Assembly: GCA_023380305.1 (NCBI GenBank)
Contig: JAMCQZ010000008.1
Span: 122,659-186,658 of the forward strand
Length of the DNA: 64,000 nucleotides
Origin: Patescibacteria group bacterium
GTDB taxonomy: Bacteria > Patescibacteriota > Minisyncoccia > UBA6257 > Colwellbacteraceae
Reading direction: 5' to 3'
A program made the translations under genes and the position numbers. The notes beneath the pieces are model-generated. The model saw nothing but the letters and a program-made list of their open reading frames with translations, made no database searches and was not told the origin of the DNA. This document shows, piece by piece, positions 48,309 to 57,912 of the stretch. The first letter of the stretch is position 1. Each line of letters begins with the position of its first letter.

Positions 48309-49145
48309 CTACAAAGGAAGGTCCCTTAAGTCTATTTTCTTGTTTTCGGGAGAGGCTGCGGACTTGGCGGTGTTTTCAATGACGCGATCATTGAATTTGG
48401 CCGGCGAGATAATGGCCGGCGCGGGTTCGGTCGGGACAACAGTCGGTTGGGGGGCCGGTGTTTCCGACCGCGTCGGCGGGTTGAGGGGCGTCTTGAGGCT
48501 GGAATAATGAACGATTTTCGGGGCGAAGACTTCGGTCCTGCCGATCGCGGGCGGTTGGGGTTTTATTGGTTCGGTCGGGACAGGTTCCTTGTATCCGCCA
48601 AATTGGATTCTGGCTGGCTGGGCCGGCTGCCTGAATGTCGGTTGGGCCTGGCTCGAGCTGAAGAAAGCCTGCCTGATCGGTTCGTAATTGATGTCGTGTT
48701 CTTCGGCGAGGGTTTTGAAAGCAGCCTCCTCATGGAGAATATAGGGCGAAGGGGTAGCAGGAGAGGGCTGAATTTCCGAGGGCGTTGCCGGGATAACGGA
48801 TATGGGCATCTCTAAGGGCTCGGTCTGCGGCGTCGGCGTCGCGACAGCCGGCGATGGAGCGGTCGGGATAAGACCAATATCGATCCCGAACGCGGACAGG
48901 TTGTTTTTAATCGGCGTGAGTATTTTTTCGACGATCTGCTGAAGAAGCTCCGGCGGCAATTCTCGGCCGGCGCGTTTTTGAAGTTCTATCGCGAAATTCT
49001 CCGGAGATATTTGTTTGGACTCCAGATAATAAAGGGTAAGCGTCAAAACCGAAATATCAAAGTTGAATTTGCCGGCAAGTTCTTCGTAAACAGCTATCAT
49101 CGGCTCGGAATTGAGCCATGTTTTGATGTTGAGGGGAATCTCCAT
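48309..49145 (-). CDS. Pro-rich hypothetical protein
   Basis: Long ORF within the operon; ends in IDLRDLPL. Confidence 0.75.
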   Translation of the reverse strand: MEIPLNIKTWLNSEPMIAVYEELAGKFNFDISVLTLTLYYLESKQISPENFAIELQKRAGRELPPELLQQIVEKILTPIKNNLSAFGIDIGLIPTAPSPAVATPTPQTEPLEMPISVIPATPSEIQPSPATPSPYILHEEAAFKTLAEEHDINYEPIRQAFFSSSQAQPTFRQPAQPARIQFGGYKEPVPTEPIKPQPPAIGRTEVFAPKIVHYSSLKTPLNPPTRSETPAPQPTVVPTEPAPAIISPAKFNDRVIENTAKSAASPENKKIDLRDLPL

Positions 49146-49148
49146 AAT

Positions 49149-51746
49149 CTATTTTTCTCCCGGCTTGATAATCTTCGCCTCGGGATTGGGCTGCGCTCCC
49201 GGAGTAATAATTTTGGCTTCGGGATTAGGCTGGTTCCCGGCTGTGATTATGCGAGCCGGACCGGTGGCGGCCTCTCGATAACGTTCCATTGGTTTGATGT
49301 CGATCGGGTAATCGCGGGAAGCCGGCCCGTAGATTTTCGCTGAAGGGTTTGGCTGCGCTCCCGGAGTAATAATTTTGGCTTCGGGATTAGGTTGGGCTCC
49401 GGGCGTGATGATCTTCGCTTCGGGATTGGGCTGAACCTCGGAAGGATTGATAATCCGTGAAGGGCCGGCGGGCATTGCCGGAGAAGCCGGGCTGGTCGGG
49501 GAGGTCGGACTTGGCTCTATCGGAGTTGGCGGTTGGGAGCCGGGACCGCTCGGCGGGGGCGATTCCAGTTCCGCGACCAATTCGGACCAGGAAGGAATGC
49601 GTTTTAATCTGCGGACAGTATTTTCGAAGGCCTGGTTCTGCTGGGGGTCTTCGGGATCTGTTTTGATGGCTTTTAATGTTTTCCCGATATTTTCTATTTG
49701 TTCATTAGTGCCTTCGTCGCCAAGTTTTCTGAATTGGGAGTCGGTTATGGCCAGGACAACAGGTCTGGAGTTAAAGGCTTCTGGCACGACATCCAGGATC
49801 TCGCTTGGCTTGAGGCCTTTGACGATTTTGGCGGGATTTGATGCGTGGTGGGGCATTGTTTTTTCGAAAGCGCCGGTCGCTTTGATGCTTTGCGCGGCCA
49901 AAACCAGCTGGCGGATTTTTTCATTGATGGGCTGTCTGCGTTCTTCGCTCAAGCCGACTTTAGCCAGATCGCCTTCTTTAAAAGAAGTAATTTTTTTATC
50001 CTGCAATTGCTGTAAGAGTGCGGTGCGCGCTTGCGGATTCATCAAAGAAATATTCGCGGAGTTCAGATAACGGATGAGAGTTTCTTTGGACCAATCTTTA
50101 TAGGCGGCGCCGTATTCGCCGATGGATTTTTTCTGAGCTTCTTTTAATTTCCCGGCAAGCACGTCCGAGCCGACGGCCAGGGGCCTTGTAATGAAGCTGC
50201 CAGCGAGTATGTTCTTGGCGCGTTGGTATTGGGGAGCCGCCATGATTCTTCCTCCCAAAATAGTGCCGAGGCTTTTACCTTCCCTGATGGGGATATTCTT
50301 GGCTCTTTCAAGCCAGCGGCTGGCTAGTCCGAAAACGGCTTTCCCACCGCCCAGGCTGAGACTGTTTGCCTGTTGCAGGCCGATGGCGAGCAAAACCAAT
50401 TGGATGATCAGCCTGCCGACGCCGAGTCCTAAAGATTGACCGAAGACCGTTTCGGTTGTCGCGTCGAGGCCGATCGAGCTTAAGCTAAGCACGATGTAGA
50501 TGAAGAGCATCATCAGCGGAGCGAAAACCAACCATTGGATGAATTGTTGGCTCCAATCTTCAAATGACAGTTTCTTGAAGGAGACAACCGGGAAGACTCT
50601 CATAAAAATTACTAGGGGAGAAATGATGACGAGGAAAGTCAGGTATCCCCAACGGATGAAGAACATGATGGCGATCGCGGACATTACGAGAATGATGCCG
50701 ATGCCGACGAGGGCCGTGAGAAGAGGCATAAAGATAAGTTGGAAAATGCCCTCGATGTTTCCGAGAATGGCTGAATTCGGCGTGGCCGCCGGGATTCTCC
50801 CGAAATAATTCCAGGCATTGGAATCGGTGACTATCTGGCTGAGCGCCAAAGTTATTTTGTCGGAAAAGCTGATGAATATTCCGGCCAGAGCGAAGGTGAA
50901 ATTCACCAGGAAGAAAGCGAGAAGAAACTTGGGCAGGCTGTTTTTGTCGATTTTGCCCAGGATCTTGGAATTCGGGAACACGGGTCTCAGCATCGTGGCA
51001 AAGCCGATGCCGAGGATTCCGAAAACGAAAAACAAATTGACGAATTGGAGGACGACGTCGAATCCGGCTTTGGCAAGGCTGGCGCCCCCGTAAATGGTCG
51101 AGTTTAAAGCGATGGCTCCAGAAAGGATATAAACAGCGAGTTTGACGAAGCCTTTGATGATGGCGCCGACAATATTGGTGAGGACGCAGGCAAGAGTGCC
51201 CGTAATGTTCAGGCTTAAAAGCGGCAGCATGCAGCTAGAATCTCCTTCCGGCTGGCAGACGCCGACAACGCTTTGGGGCTCGTAGACGCAGACGAGAGGC
51301 GCCTTGCAGGGCATGAATTCGGTTTTGCCGGTGGGTTTTCCTTCAGCGTTTTTTTGCGGAATATTGCCGCATTGATCGCCGATTTGTTCGGCCCCAGCCA
51401 ATCCTATTTTGGCTTCTTGGGTTCGGATATAAGTGTCGGCTTCGCTCTGGATATAGCACCGGCCGGTGTCGGCTCCGGTGTCGTCGGGGACGCATTTGTA
51501 GTCATTGGGGCATTCGTTTGCCAATCCGACGCTACAAAAGCAGTCTGACCCCGATCCAAGCGGACCGCTGGCCGGAAGACAGACGCCGCTTGATCCGCCG
51601 AGGCTGGTGGGAGAACAGTGCTGGTTTTCGGCGCAGGGTTTGTCCGGGCCGCAAGCCGGTCCCGAGGGCCGGCAGGCCGCCTCCGCTTTTCCGACCATAA
51701 GCACGACCGATAAGACAACCGCGAGCAAGAGGAAATATTTGCGCAT
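49149..51746 (-). CDS. VirB6-like polytopic membrane protein with Cys-rich N-terminus and C-terminal repeats
   Basis: Signal peptide MRKYFLLLAVV..AEA, multiple TM segments, LVNF and IR...L..L.I.SP patterns, first gene of the VirB4 cluster. Confidence 0.75.
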   Translation of the reverse strand: MRKYFLLLAVVLSVVLMVGKAEAACRPSGPACGPDKPCAENQHCSPTSLGGSSGVCLPASGPLGSGSDCFCSVGLANECPNDYKCVPDDTGADTGRCYIQSEADTYIRTQEAKIGLAGAEQIGDQCGNIPQKNAEGKPTGKTEFMPCKAPLVCVYEPQSVVGVCQPEGDSSCMLPLLSLNITGTLACVLTNIVGAIIKGFVKLAVYILSGAIALNSTIYGGASLAKAGFDVVLQFVNLFFVFGILGIGFATMLRPVFPNSKILGKIDKNSLPKFLLAFFLVNFTFALAGIFISFSDKITLALSQIVTDSNAWNYFGRIPAATPNSAILGNIEGIFQLIFMPLLTALVGIGIILVMSAIAIMFFIRWGYLTFLVIISPLVIFMRVFPVVSFKKLSFEDWSQQFIQWLVFAPLMMLFIYIVLSLSSIGLDATTETVFGQSLGLGVGRLIIQLVLLAIGLQQANSLSLGGGKAVFGLASRWLERAKNIPIREGKSLGTILGGRIMAAPQYQRAKNILAGSFITRPLAVGSDVLAGKLKEAQKKSIGEYGAAYKDWSKETLIRYLNSANISLMNPQARTALLQQLQDKKITSFKEGDLAKVGLSEERRQPINEKIRQLVLAAQSIKATGAFEKTMPHHASNPAKIVKGLKPSEILDVVPEAFNSRPVVLAITDSQFRKLGDEGTNEQIENIGKTLKAIKTDPEDPQQNQAFENTVRRLKRIPSWSELVAELESPPPSGPGSQPPTPIEPSPTSPTSPASPAMPAGPSRIINPSEVQPNPEAKIITPGAQPNPEAKIITPGAQPNPSAKIYGPASRDYPIDIKPMERYREAATGPARIITAGNQPNPEAKIITPGAQPNPEAKIIKPGEK
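49158..49437 (-). repeat. 39-bp coding repeats (QPNPEAKIITPG, five copies)
   Basis: Visible in both DNA and protein as blocks of three and two copies. Confidence 0.85.
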
Positions 51747-51765
51747 TGTTAAAATAATACCATTT

Positions 51766-52536
51766 TTAACCCGCGAAAACACGGCTCAACTCGATGATCT
51801 GGTCGAAGGAAAGTTCCTGGCCCCGGATGGAGGGGTCGATGCCTTGTTTCTCGAGCCGACTTTGGATTTCTCCCTTGTTGATTTTGAGGGCCGAGAGATT
51901 GTTAAGGATGGTTTTTCTCGGTTGTTTGAAGAGCGTCTTGATAAAGGCGTAGTAGTTTTGGCGTTCGGCTTCGCTTCTATCAATTTGTTTGGTTTTAAGG
52001 AGAATGACGGCCGAATCCACTTTGGGCTCTGGAGAAAAGTCTTTTCTGGGAATGCTTAAGACTATTTGGGGCTCGGCCCAGAAGGCGATACTCCCTGCAA
52101 GCAGGTTCATCTCCGGCGGCTTGGCGGACGCGCGTTCAGCCACTTCTTTCTGGATGGTGAAAACCGAGATCATAGGTTTTCGCGGTAGATTTTCAATCAA
52201 TCTAAAAAGATGGCCGGTGATGTAGTAGGGAATATTGCCGCATAGTTTGTAGCCGTAGCCGATGTTTTCGACGATTGCCGGCAGAGATTTGAGGGCGTCG
52301 GCTTCAACCACTTCCAGTTTTTCCGGGGACAAAGGCATTAATCTGGCGGCCAGTTTCGGGTCGCGTTCAATAGCGATCAGTTTCCTCGGATTTTTATAGA
52401 GCAGATGTTTGGTCAGCTCTCCATGGCCCGGGCCGATTTCGATGAGGACGTCGTCCGGAGAAATATCCAAAACCCCGGCGATTCTTTCAAGAACCGTTTC
52501 GTTTTTCAAAAAATGCTGGCCTAATCGCCTCATCAA
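51766..52536 (-). CDS. rsmA: 16S rRNA dimethyladenosine transferase
   Basis: LGQHFL, EIGPGHG, NIPYYIT and PKVDS motifs. Confidence 0.95.
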   Translation of the reverse strand: MMRRLGQHFLKNETVLERIAGVLDISPDDVLIEIGPGHGELTKHLLYKNPRKLIAIERDPKLAARLMPLSPEKLEVVEADALKSLPAIVENIGYGYKLCGNIPYYITGHLFRLIENLPRKPMISVFTIQKEVAERASAKPPEMNLLAGSIAFWAEPQIVLSIPRKDFSPEPKVDSAVILLKTKQIDRSEAERQNYYAFIKTLFKQPRKTILNNLSALKINKGEIQSRLEKQGIDPSIRGQELSFDQIIELSRVFAG

Positions 52537-54278
52537 TCCAAGTATATCGTATCTTCGTCGGTTTTGGGTCTGATGCCGTCGAACTCGACGAGCTCCGGAG
52601 GAATCTCATAGAGAAATCTCGAAGGAAAGTTGAAAAAGCTGATAAAAAGCTTCTCCCTGGCGCGGGTCATAGCCACGTACATCAGTCGGCGTTCTTCTTC
52701 GAGCTCGTCTTTGGACGCGAGCGAACGGTGGTGGGGCAGGAGGCCTTCGTTTACGCCGACGATGAAGACGTTTTTGAATTCGAGACCTTTGGAAAGATGG
52801 ATGGTCATCATTTTCACGCCTGGCCGATCAGCCCCCTTGATTTCGTCGTTCGCCTGGAAAAGGGAGATCTTCTCGAGCAGTTCCTCGAGCGATTTGGCTT
52901 CGGCGGCGAACCCGACGAGCTCGCCGATATTTTCCATGCGTTCCTCGCTATTTTTGAATTTGGTCGCGAGGAGAGCCGGATAGTTGGCCGTCTGGAGAAT
53001 GAAGCCGATGAGTTCGGCCGGCGAGAGGCTCGCGGCCATTTCCGGCAGTCGTTCGATGAGTTCGGTCGCCGGTTTCCGGTTGAAGGAAGACTCGATGCGC
53101 TCGCGGCTGATCATATCCCTTGGGTTGAATCCGTAGCGCAGACAGGCGACGACGTCCTTAATTTCTTTCCTTTCGTAGAACTTCAATCCGCCGTAGATCT
53201 GGTAGGGGATCTGGTTATAAATGAAATATTGTTCGATCGGCCGGGACTGGGCGTTCGTTCGGAAAAGCACGGCCGTGTTTTCCCAGTCTCCCAGGTCGAT
53301 TATTTTTTCAGCGAGCCATTCGGCTTCGCCTTCGGCGTCATAGGCCCCAAAAACCTTTATTAAATCCCCTTCAGAGTTGTCGGTCCAAAGGGTTTTCGGC
53401 CGCTGGAGCGTATTGTGGCGGATGACTTCCCCGGCCGCGGAAATAATGTTCTTGGTCGAACGGTAGTTTTGGTCGAGGGTAACCACCTTGGCTTCGGGCC
53501 AGTCCTTTTCGAAATTCAAAAAATTTCTGAAGTCCGATCCGCGGAAGCTGTAGATGCTCTGGGCGTCGTCGCCGACGACGCTCAAATTACGGTGTCCGGA
53601 AGCGAGAAGCCTCACCAGTTCGTACTGACTCTGGTTGATGTCCTGGTACTCGTCGACGAGAATGTGCCGGAACTGGTCGCGGTATTTGGCGAGGGCGTCG
53701 GGGCTTTCCGAAAAGAGCCGGACCACCTTTTCAATGAGGTCGTCGAAATCAAAAGCGTTTGCTTCGACAAGGCCCGCTTCGTAGTTTTCGAAGATTTTGA
53801 TTCCCATATCGTCGCCCAGGTCTTCCGGCCGTAGAAGCTCGCTTTTGACGCGCGATATTTTTCCGAGATAGCTAGCGGCCGGGAACCTTTCCTTGTCGAG
53901 ATCGAGCGACTTAACGATGTTTTTGATGAGTTTTAAGGAATCGTCGTCGTCGAAGATAACGTAGCCCCTGGTCCGGCCGAAAGAAGGTTCTTGTCTCAAT
54001 ATCCGGGCGCCGAGAGAGTGGAAGGTGCCGAGAAAAGGCGTCCTGCCGGATTTGATTTCCGGATAAACCCGTCTTTTTATCTCTTCGGCCGCTTTGTTTG
54101 TGAAGGTGATGGCGACGATTTGATCGGCCGGAACCCCTTTCTGGATCAAAAAGGCCAATCTTTGGGTCAGGGTTCTGGTTTTGCCCGATCCGGCGCCGGC
54201 GGTGATGAGCAGGGGGCCGTCGCCGGCGGTGGCGGCTTCGAGCTGGCGATCGTTCAGATTTTGTGGTATAATAGGCAT
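52533..54278 (-). CDS. pcrA: UvrD/PcrA DNA helicase
   Basis: AGAGSGKT, TFTNKAA, VDEYQD, QNYRST and EEERRL.YVAMTRA motifs. Confidence 0.92.
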   Translation of the reverse strand: MPIIPQNLNDRQLEAATAGDGPLLITAGAGSGKTRTLTQRLAFLIQKGVPADQIVAITFTNKAAEEIKRRVYPEIKSGRTPFLGTFHSLGARILRQEPSFGRTRGYVIFDDDDSLKLIKNIVKSLDLDKERFPAASYLGKISRVKSELLRPEDLGDDMGIKIFENYEAGLVEANAFDFDDLIEKVVRLFSESPDALAKYRDQFRHILVDEYQDINQSQYELVRLLASGHRNLSVVGDDAQSIYSFRGSDFRNFLNFEKDWPEAKVVTLDQNYRSTKNIISAAGEVIRHNTLQRPKTLWTDNSEGDLIKVFGAYDAEGEAEWLAEKIIDLGDWENTAVLFRTNAQSRPIEQYFIYNQIPYQIYGGLKFYERKEIKDVVACLRYGFNPRDMISRERIESSFNRKPATELIERLPEMAASLSPAELIGFILQTANYPALLATKFKNSEERMENIGELVGFAAEAKSLEELLEKISLFQANDEIKGADRPGVKMMTIHLSKGLEFKNVFIVGVNEGLLPHHRSLASKDELEEERRLMYVAMTRAREKLFISFFNFPSRFLYEIPPELVEFDGIRPKTDEDTIYLD

Positions 54279-54926
54279 ATTAGTAATTTAGCTCACAAAT
54301 CAAGATATGTTTTCTTGGCGGCGATAGGAATCGCCATATTTTTTGCGGGTTTCGGCCAGAGTATTTTAGCAAAAAGCGAAGCCCAAAAGCTATCGAAGTT
54401 TTTGGCCGAAAATTCGGTTTTCGGATCGGTTTTCCCGGGATTGCGGCCGGACGGCTCGTTTTCGGCCTTTTCCCAGATTATTTCCCCGGAGGTAGTCATT
54501 TCCGACGGATTAAACCGTGAACGGATCACGGAAGGGGCCTTGTTCGAGGCTTCGGAGACGGTTGAAGACGATCTCGCCGGCCGGACCGAAACCACGATCT
54601 ATAAAGTCCAGCCGAGAGATACTCTTGTTTCCGTCGCCAGAAAGTTCAATATTTCGACAGACACCATCGTGTGGGCCAACGGTTTGAAGACAAGGGCTTT
54701 GAAGCGGGGTTCGAGCCTGGTGATTCTTCCGGTCTCCGGAGTGATCCATGAAATCAAATCTGGTGAGACCGTGGAATCGATCGCCGACAGCTACCACGTG
54801 CCGGCCCAGCAGATTTACGCTTTCAATAAAGGCAAGATTTTAACCGAGGGAGTCGAACTTATCGTCCCCGGAGGTCAGCCTTTGGACAACGGTTTGGCCA
54901 CGCAGTCTTCGGCGAAAGTCAACTAA
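54279..54926 (+). CDS. Membrane-anchored protein with two LysM domains (start uncertain)
   Basis: YKVQPRDTL..VARKF and HEIKSGETVESIA..Y; no ATG; candidate starts ATT 54279 or TTG 54315. Confidence 0.75.
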   Translation: MSNLAHKSRYVFLAAIGIAIFFAGFGQSILAKSEAQKLSKFLAENSVFGSVFPGLRPDGSFSAFSQIISPEVVISDGLNRERITEGALFEASETVEDDLAGRTETTIYKVQPRDTLVSVARKFNISTDTIVWANGLKTRALKRGSSLVILPVSGVIHEIKSGETVESIADSYHVPAQQIYAFNKGKILTEGVELIVPGGQPLDNGLATQSSAKVN

Positions 54927-54948
54927 AAGATTTTTGTGAGAGCCGCTT

Positions 54949-56487
54949 TCAAGCGGCGTTTTTTAATCTGTATTGATAGGCCTCAGCTACGTGGTCGGCC
55001 GTAACGAGTTCCGATTCCTCGAGATCGGCGATGGTGCGGCTTACCTTGAGCATCCGGAAATAGCCCCGGCCGGAAAGCTCCGATTGGTCAAAGATTTTCT
55101 TTAGCATGTTGTCGGCGCCGCGGTCGCAATTGATAAGTTCCTCACATTGTTTCGAAGACATTTCGCTATTGAGGAGTAGGGAGATTTTCTGTTGTGCAAA
55201 ACGTTCTTTTTGAATTTCTCTTGCTTGGTTGACCCTTCTTCGGATTTCTGAGCTTCTCGCTCCGCCGCTTGATCTGAGTTCGCCGAGTTTCAGATTGGGA
55301 ACGTGGATTTGAATGTCAATCCGGTCAAGCAAGGGGCCGGAGATTTTCTTCTGGTAGCGGAAGATTTCGTTGGCGCTACAGCGACATTCGCGTTTCGGGT
55401 CGCCGTAAAATCCGCAGGGGCATGGATTCATAGCGGCGACGAATTGGAAACGCGAGGGGAAGGTGAGGCTGGACTTCGCCCTTGAAACGACGATCTCTCC
55501 AGATTCAAGGGGTTGCCTCAGGGCTTCGAGAATATCCCGGTGGAATTCGGGTAGCTCGTCCAAGAAAAGCACGCCGCGGTGGCTTAAGCTGATTTCCCCG
55601 GGTCTGGGATTCGCGCCGCCGCCGATCACGGAAACGATCGAGGCTGAATGGTGTGGCTGCCGGAAAGGCCGCGATTTTATAAAAGAAGCATTTTCGGGGA
55701 TCATTCCCGCGGCGCTCCAGACCTTGGAGACTTCGAGCGCTTCGGCCAGGGTGAGCGGCGGCAGAATGGAGCCGAGGGCTTTGGCGAGCATGGTCTTGCC
55801 GGACCCCGGCTGTCCGGACATGAGAATGTTGTGGCCGCCGGAAGCGGCGACAATCAGGGCCCGTTTGGCCGCTTCCTGGCCGCGGACGTCTCCGAAGTCG
55901 AATTCTGCTTCGATATTTTCGAAATCCGGTTCTTGGTTCGGGAAAACATCGATCAAACGTTTGTTTTCGAAGTGGTCGATGGCTTCCGCGAGGCTGCCAA
56001 CTGGGACGACGGCGATCTCTTGGATAAGGCTTGCTTCCTCGGCGTTTTGTTTCGGAAGGACGATGGATTTAAATCCCTGTTCGGCGGCGGCCGAGGCGAT
56101 GTTCAAGGCGCCGCGCATCGGCCGGAGTCCGCCGTCGAGGCCGAGCTCGCCGACAAAAAGGATCTGCGAGGAGTCGAATTCTTTCATCTGGTTTGAAGCC
56201 ACTAGATAGGCGAGGGCGATTCCGAGATCGTATTGCGATCCGGATTTGTCGATATCCGCCGGCGCGAGGTTGACGACGATTCTCCGGTTTTCGCGGTTCG
56301 GCGGCCGGCAGCCGCTCCACTTGAGGGCCGAGTTTACCCTCTCTTTGGCCTCGGACAGTGCCTTGTCCGCCAGGCCGACGATCGTAAAACTATGAAGGCC
56401 GACGTTTAAGTCGACCTCGATTTCGATTATCCTCGCCTGCACCCCCTCGAGTTCCGCTGAGAAAACGCGAGACAGGTTGGCGGGCAT
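54949..56487 (-). CDS. comM: ComM/YifB Mg-chelatase-like AAA+ ATPase
   Basis: IVGLAD, NLAPAD, GQPGSGKT, RPFRQPHH, LDELPEF and MNPCPCG motifs. Confidence 0.93.
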   Translation of the reverse strand: MPANLSRVFSAELEGVQARIIEIEVDLNVGLHSFTIVGLADKALSEAKERVNSALKWSGCRPPNRENRRIVVNLAPADIDKSGSQYDLGIALAYLVASNQMKEFDSSQILFVGELGLDGGLRPMRGALNIASAAAEQGFKSIVLPKQNAEEASLIQEIAVVPVGSLAEAIDHFENKRLIDVFPNQEPDFENIEAEFDFGDVRGQEAAKRALIVAASGGHNILMSGQPGSGKTMLAKALGSILPPLTLAEALEVSKVWSAAGMIPENASFIKSRPFRQPHHSASIVSVIGGGANPRPGEISLSHRGVLFLDELPEFHRDILEALRQPLESGEIVVSRAKSSLTFPSRFQFVAAMNPCPCGFYGDPKRECRCSANEIFRYQKKISGPLLDRIDIQIHVPNLKLGELRSSGGARSSEIRRRVNQAREIQKERFAQQKISLLLNSEMSSKQCEELINCDRGADNMLKKIFDQSELSGRGYFRMLKVSRTIADLEESELVTADHVAEAYQYRLKNAA

Positions 56488-56488
56488 G

Positions 56489-56824
56489 TCAGCTTTCCTG
56501 CTTGTTGTGCTCTTTGCAATAGCGCGCCGACGGATTGAGTTCGAGAACCTCCATCTCGATGTTTTCCCCGCCAATTTCGCAGATGCCGTAGACGTTGTTC
56601 TTGATTTTGTTCAAAGCCGAACGGATGTCGTCGAGTTTCTGCAGCAAGATGTCCTGCTTGCTTGCCTGCAAATCGGCCGCGGTCGATTCGTCGGCTTCTT
56701 CGGTTTCCTCGTCCTGGGTGTCGCCGAAATTGACAACATCGGGCGTGGCTTTGAGTTCGGACTCGATTTTGGCCTCTTCTTGGACCAGTCTTTTTTCAAA
56801 TTTTTCTAAATCTTCGTTCGTCAT
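56489..56824 (-). CDS. DksA/TraR-family protein
   Basis: Coiled coil with EEADE; ALNKI..YGICE...I...L...P.ARYC. Confidence 0.85.
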   Translation of the reverse strand: MTNEDLEKFEKRLVQEEAKIESELKATPDVVNFGDTQDEETEEADESTAADLQASKQDILLQKLDDIRSALNKIKNNVYGICEIGGENIEMEVLELNPSARYCKEHNKQES

Positions 56825-56837
56825 ATAATAAAAGTAT

Positions 56838-57404
56838 ATGATTTACAGCTTAAAAGGCAAATTAACGGAAAAGGGACCGGGTTATGTTGTCGTGGAGACT
56901 TCGGGAGTGGGCTACAAAACGTTCTTCCCGGCTTCATCCGAAAACAAATTACCGAAACTGGGGGAAGACATTAAGCTTTATACCAAGCTCCGGGTGAAAG
57001 ACGACGGATTCGATCTCTACGGATTCCTTTATAAAGAAGAGCGGGAATTTTTCGAGCTTTTAAATACGGTCTCCGGCGTCGGTCCAAAAACCGCTCTGGG
57101 AATTTTGAATTTGGCTTCGGTCGGGGATTTGAAGTTCGCTATAGCCGAAGGCAACAAGGACGTACTCATCAAGTCGATCGGTATCGGCAAGAAGACGGCC
57201 GAAAGGCTGATCACCGAGCTGAAAGACAAGATTTTTGTCCCGGAGTCCGGCAAAAAATCCGCCTCCTGGGACGAGGATGTTTACCAGGCGTTGCTCGAGC
57301 TCGGCTATAAATCGAAAGAGGCCAAGGAAGCAGTGATGAAAATAAATCCTGATTTAAAGACCTCCGGGGAAAAGCTGAAAGAGGTTTTAAAAAAAATAAA
57401 ATAA
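56838..57404 (+). CDS. ruvA: Holliday junction protein RuvA
   Basis: GVGY, LYGF, VSGVGPKTA, GIGKKTAERL and ALLELGY motifs. Confidence 0.96.
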   Translation: MIYSLKGKLTEKGPGYVVVETSGVGYKTFFPASSENKLPKLGEDIKLYTKLRVKDDGFDLYGFLYKEEREFFELLNTVSGVGPKTALGILNLASVGDLKFAIAEGNKDVLIKSIGIGKKTAERLITELKDKIFVPESGKKSASWDEDVYQALLELGYKSKEAKEAVMKINPDLKTSGEKLKEVLKKIK

Positions 57405-57458
57405 GAAAGAGGCCCGTTGTAAGCGGGTCTCTGGTTTGGCTGCCAGCGCGGAGCCGGA

Positions 57459-57758
57459 TCAGCCGATGGACAGGGATTCAACCTTGCCGTCCAGGATGCG
57501 GAAAGCGCATCTTCCTTGAGGCAGGAGCGAGGCGGAGAGGCCGTAGTTATGCACGACATCTTCATCGGTGTATGGCTGGAGAAGCTGATCTTCGATGTAG
57601 ACGCTCGCCACGAGCTTCAAGACAGACCGGAAAGCGTTCTTGATGAAGTGTTGAGCCTGGCTCTCCGAGAAGGCCCTGACGAAACAAATGCCCTTGACCC
57701 TACTCGTCGGGACCCGATACAGCTGGAGCACGGACTTTGTTCTCGGTCTCACGGCCAT
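57459..57758 (-). CDS. Hypothetical protein (99 aa)
   Basis: SD AAGGAGG ahead of ATG; hairpin at ~57408-57431 downstream. Confidence 0.6.
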   Translation of the reverse strand: MAVRPRTKSVLQLYRVPTSRVKGICFVRAFSESQAQHFIKNAFRSVLKLVASVYIEDQLLQPYTDEDVVHNYGLSASLLPQGRCAFRILDGKVESLSIG

Positions 57759-57912
57759 ACAATCTCCTCCTTTAGCGATTGTGGTTTTTCACCTGAAAAT
57801 GAATCAAGGTCCGATCAAATTGCCTATTTTTAAAATATAACACATTTCCCGATTTTTGTCCAGAGAGGACTCACTCGATCGAACATTCTGCGATATAATC
57901 TATTTAATCACC

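Noticed and set aside
44215-51746. Integrative conjugative element
   Set aside because: No relaxase, integrase or att repeats in the window; flanked seamlessly by housekeeping genes.
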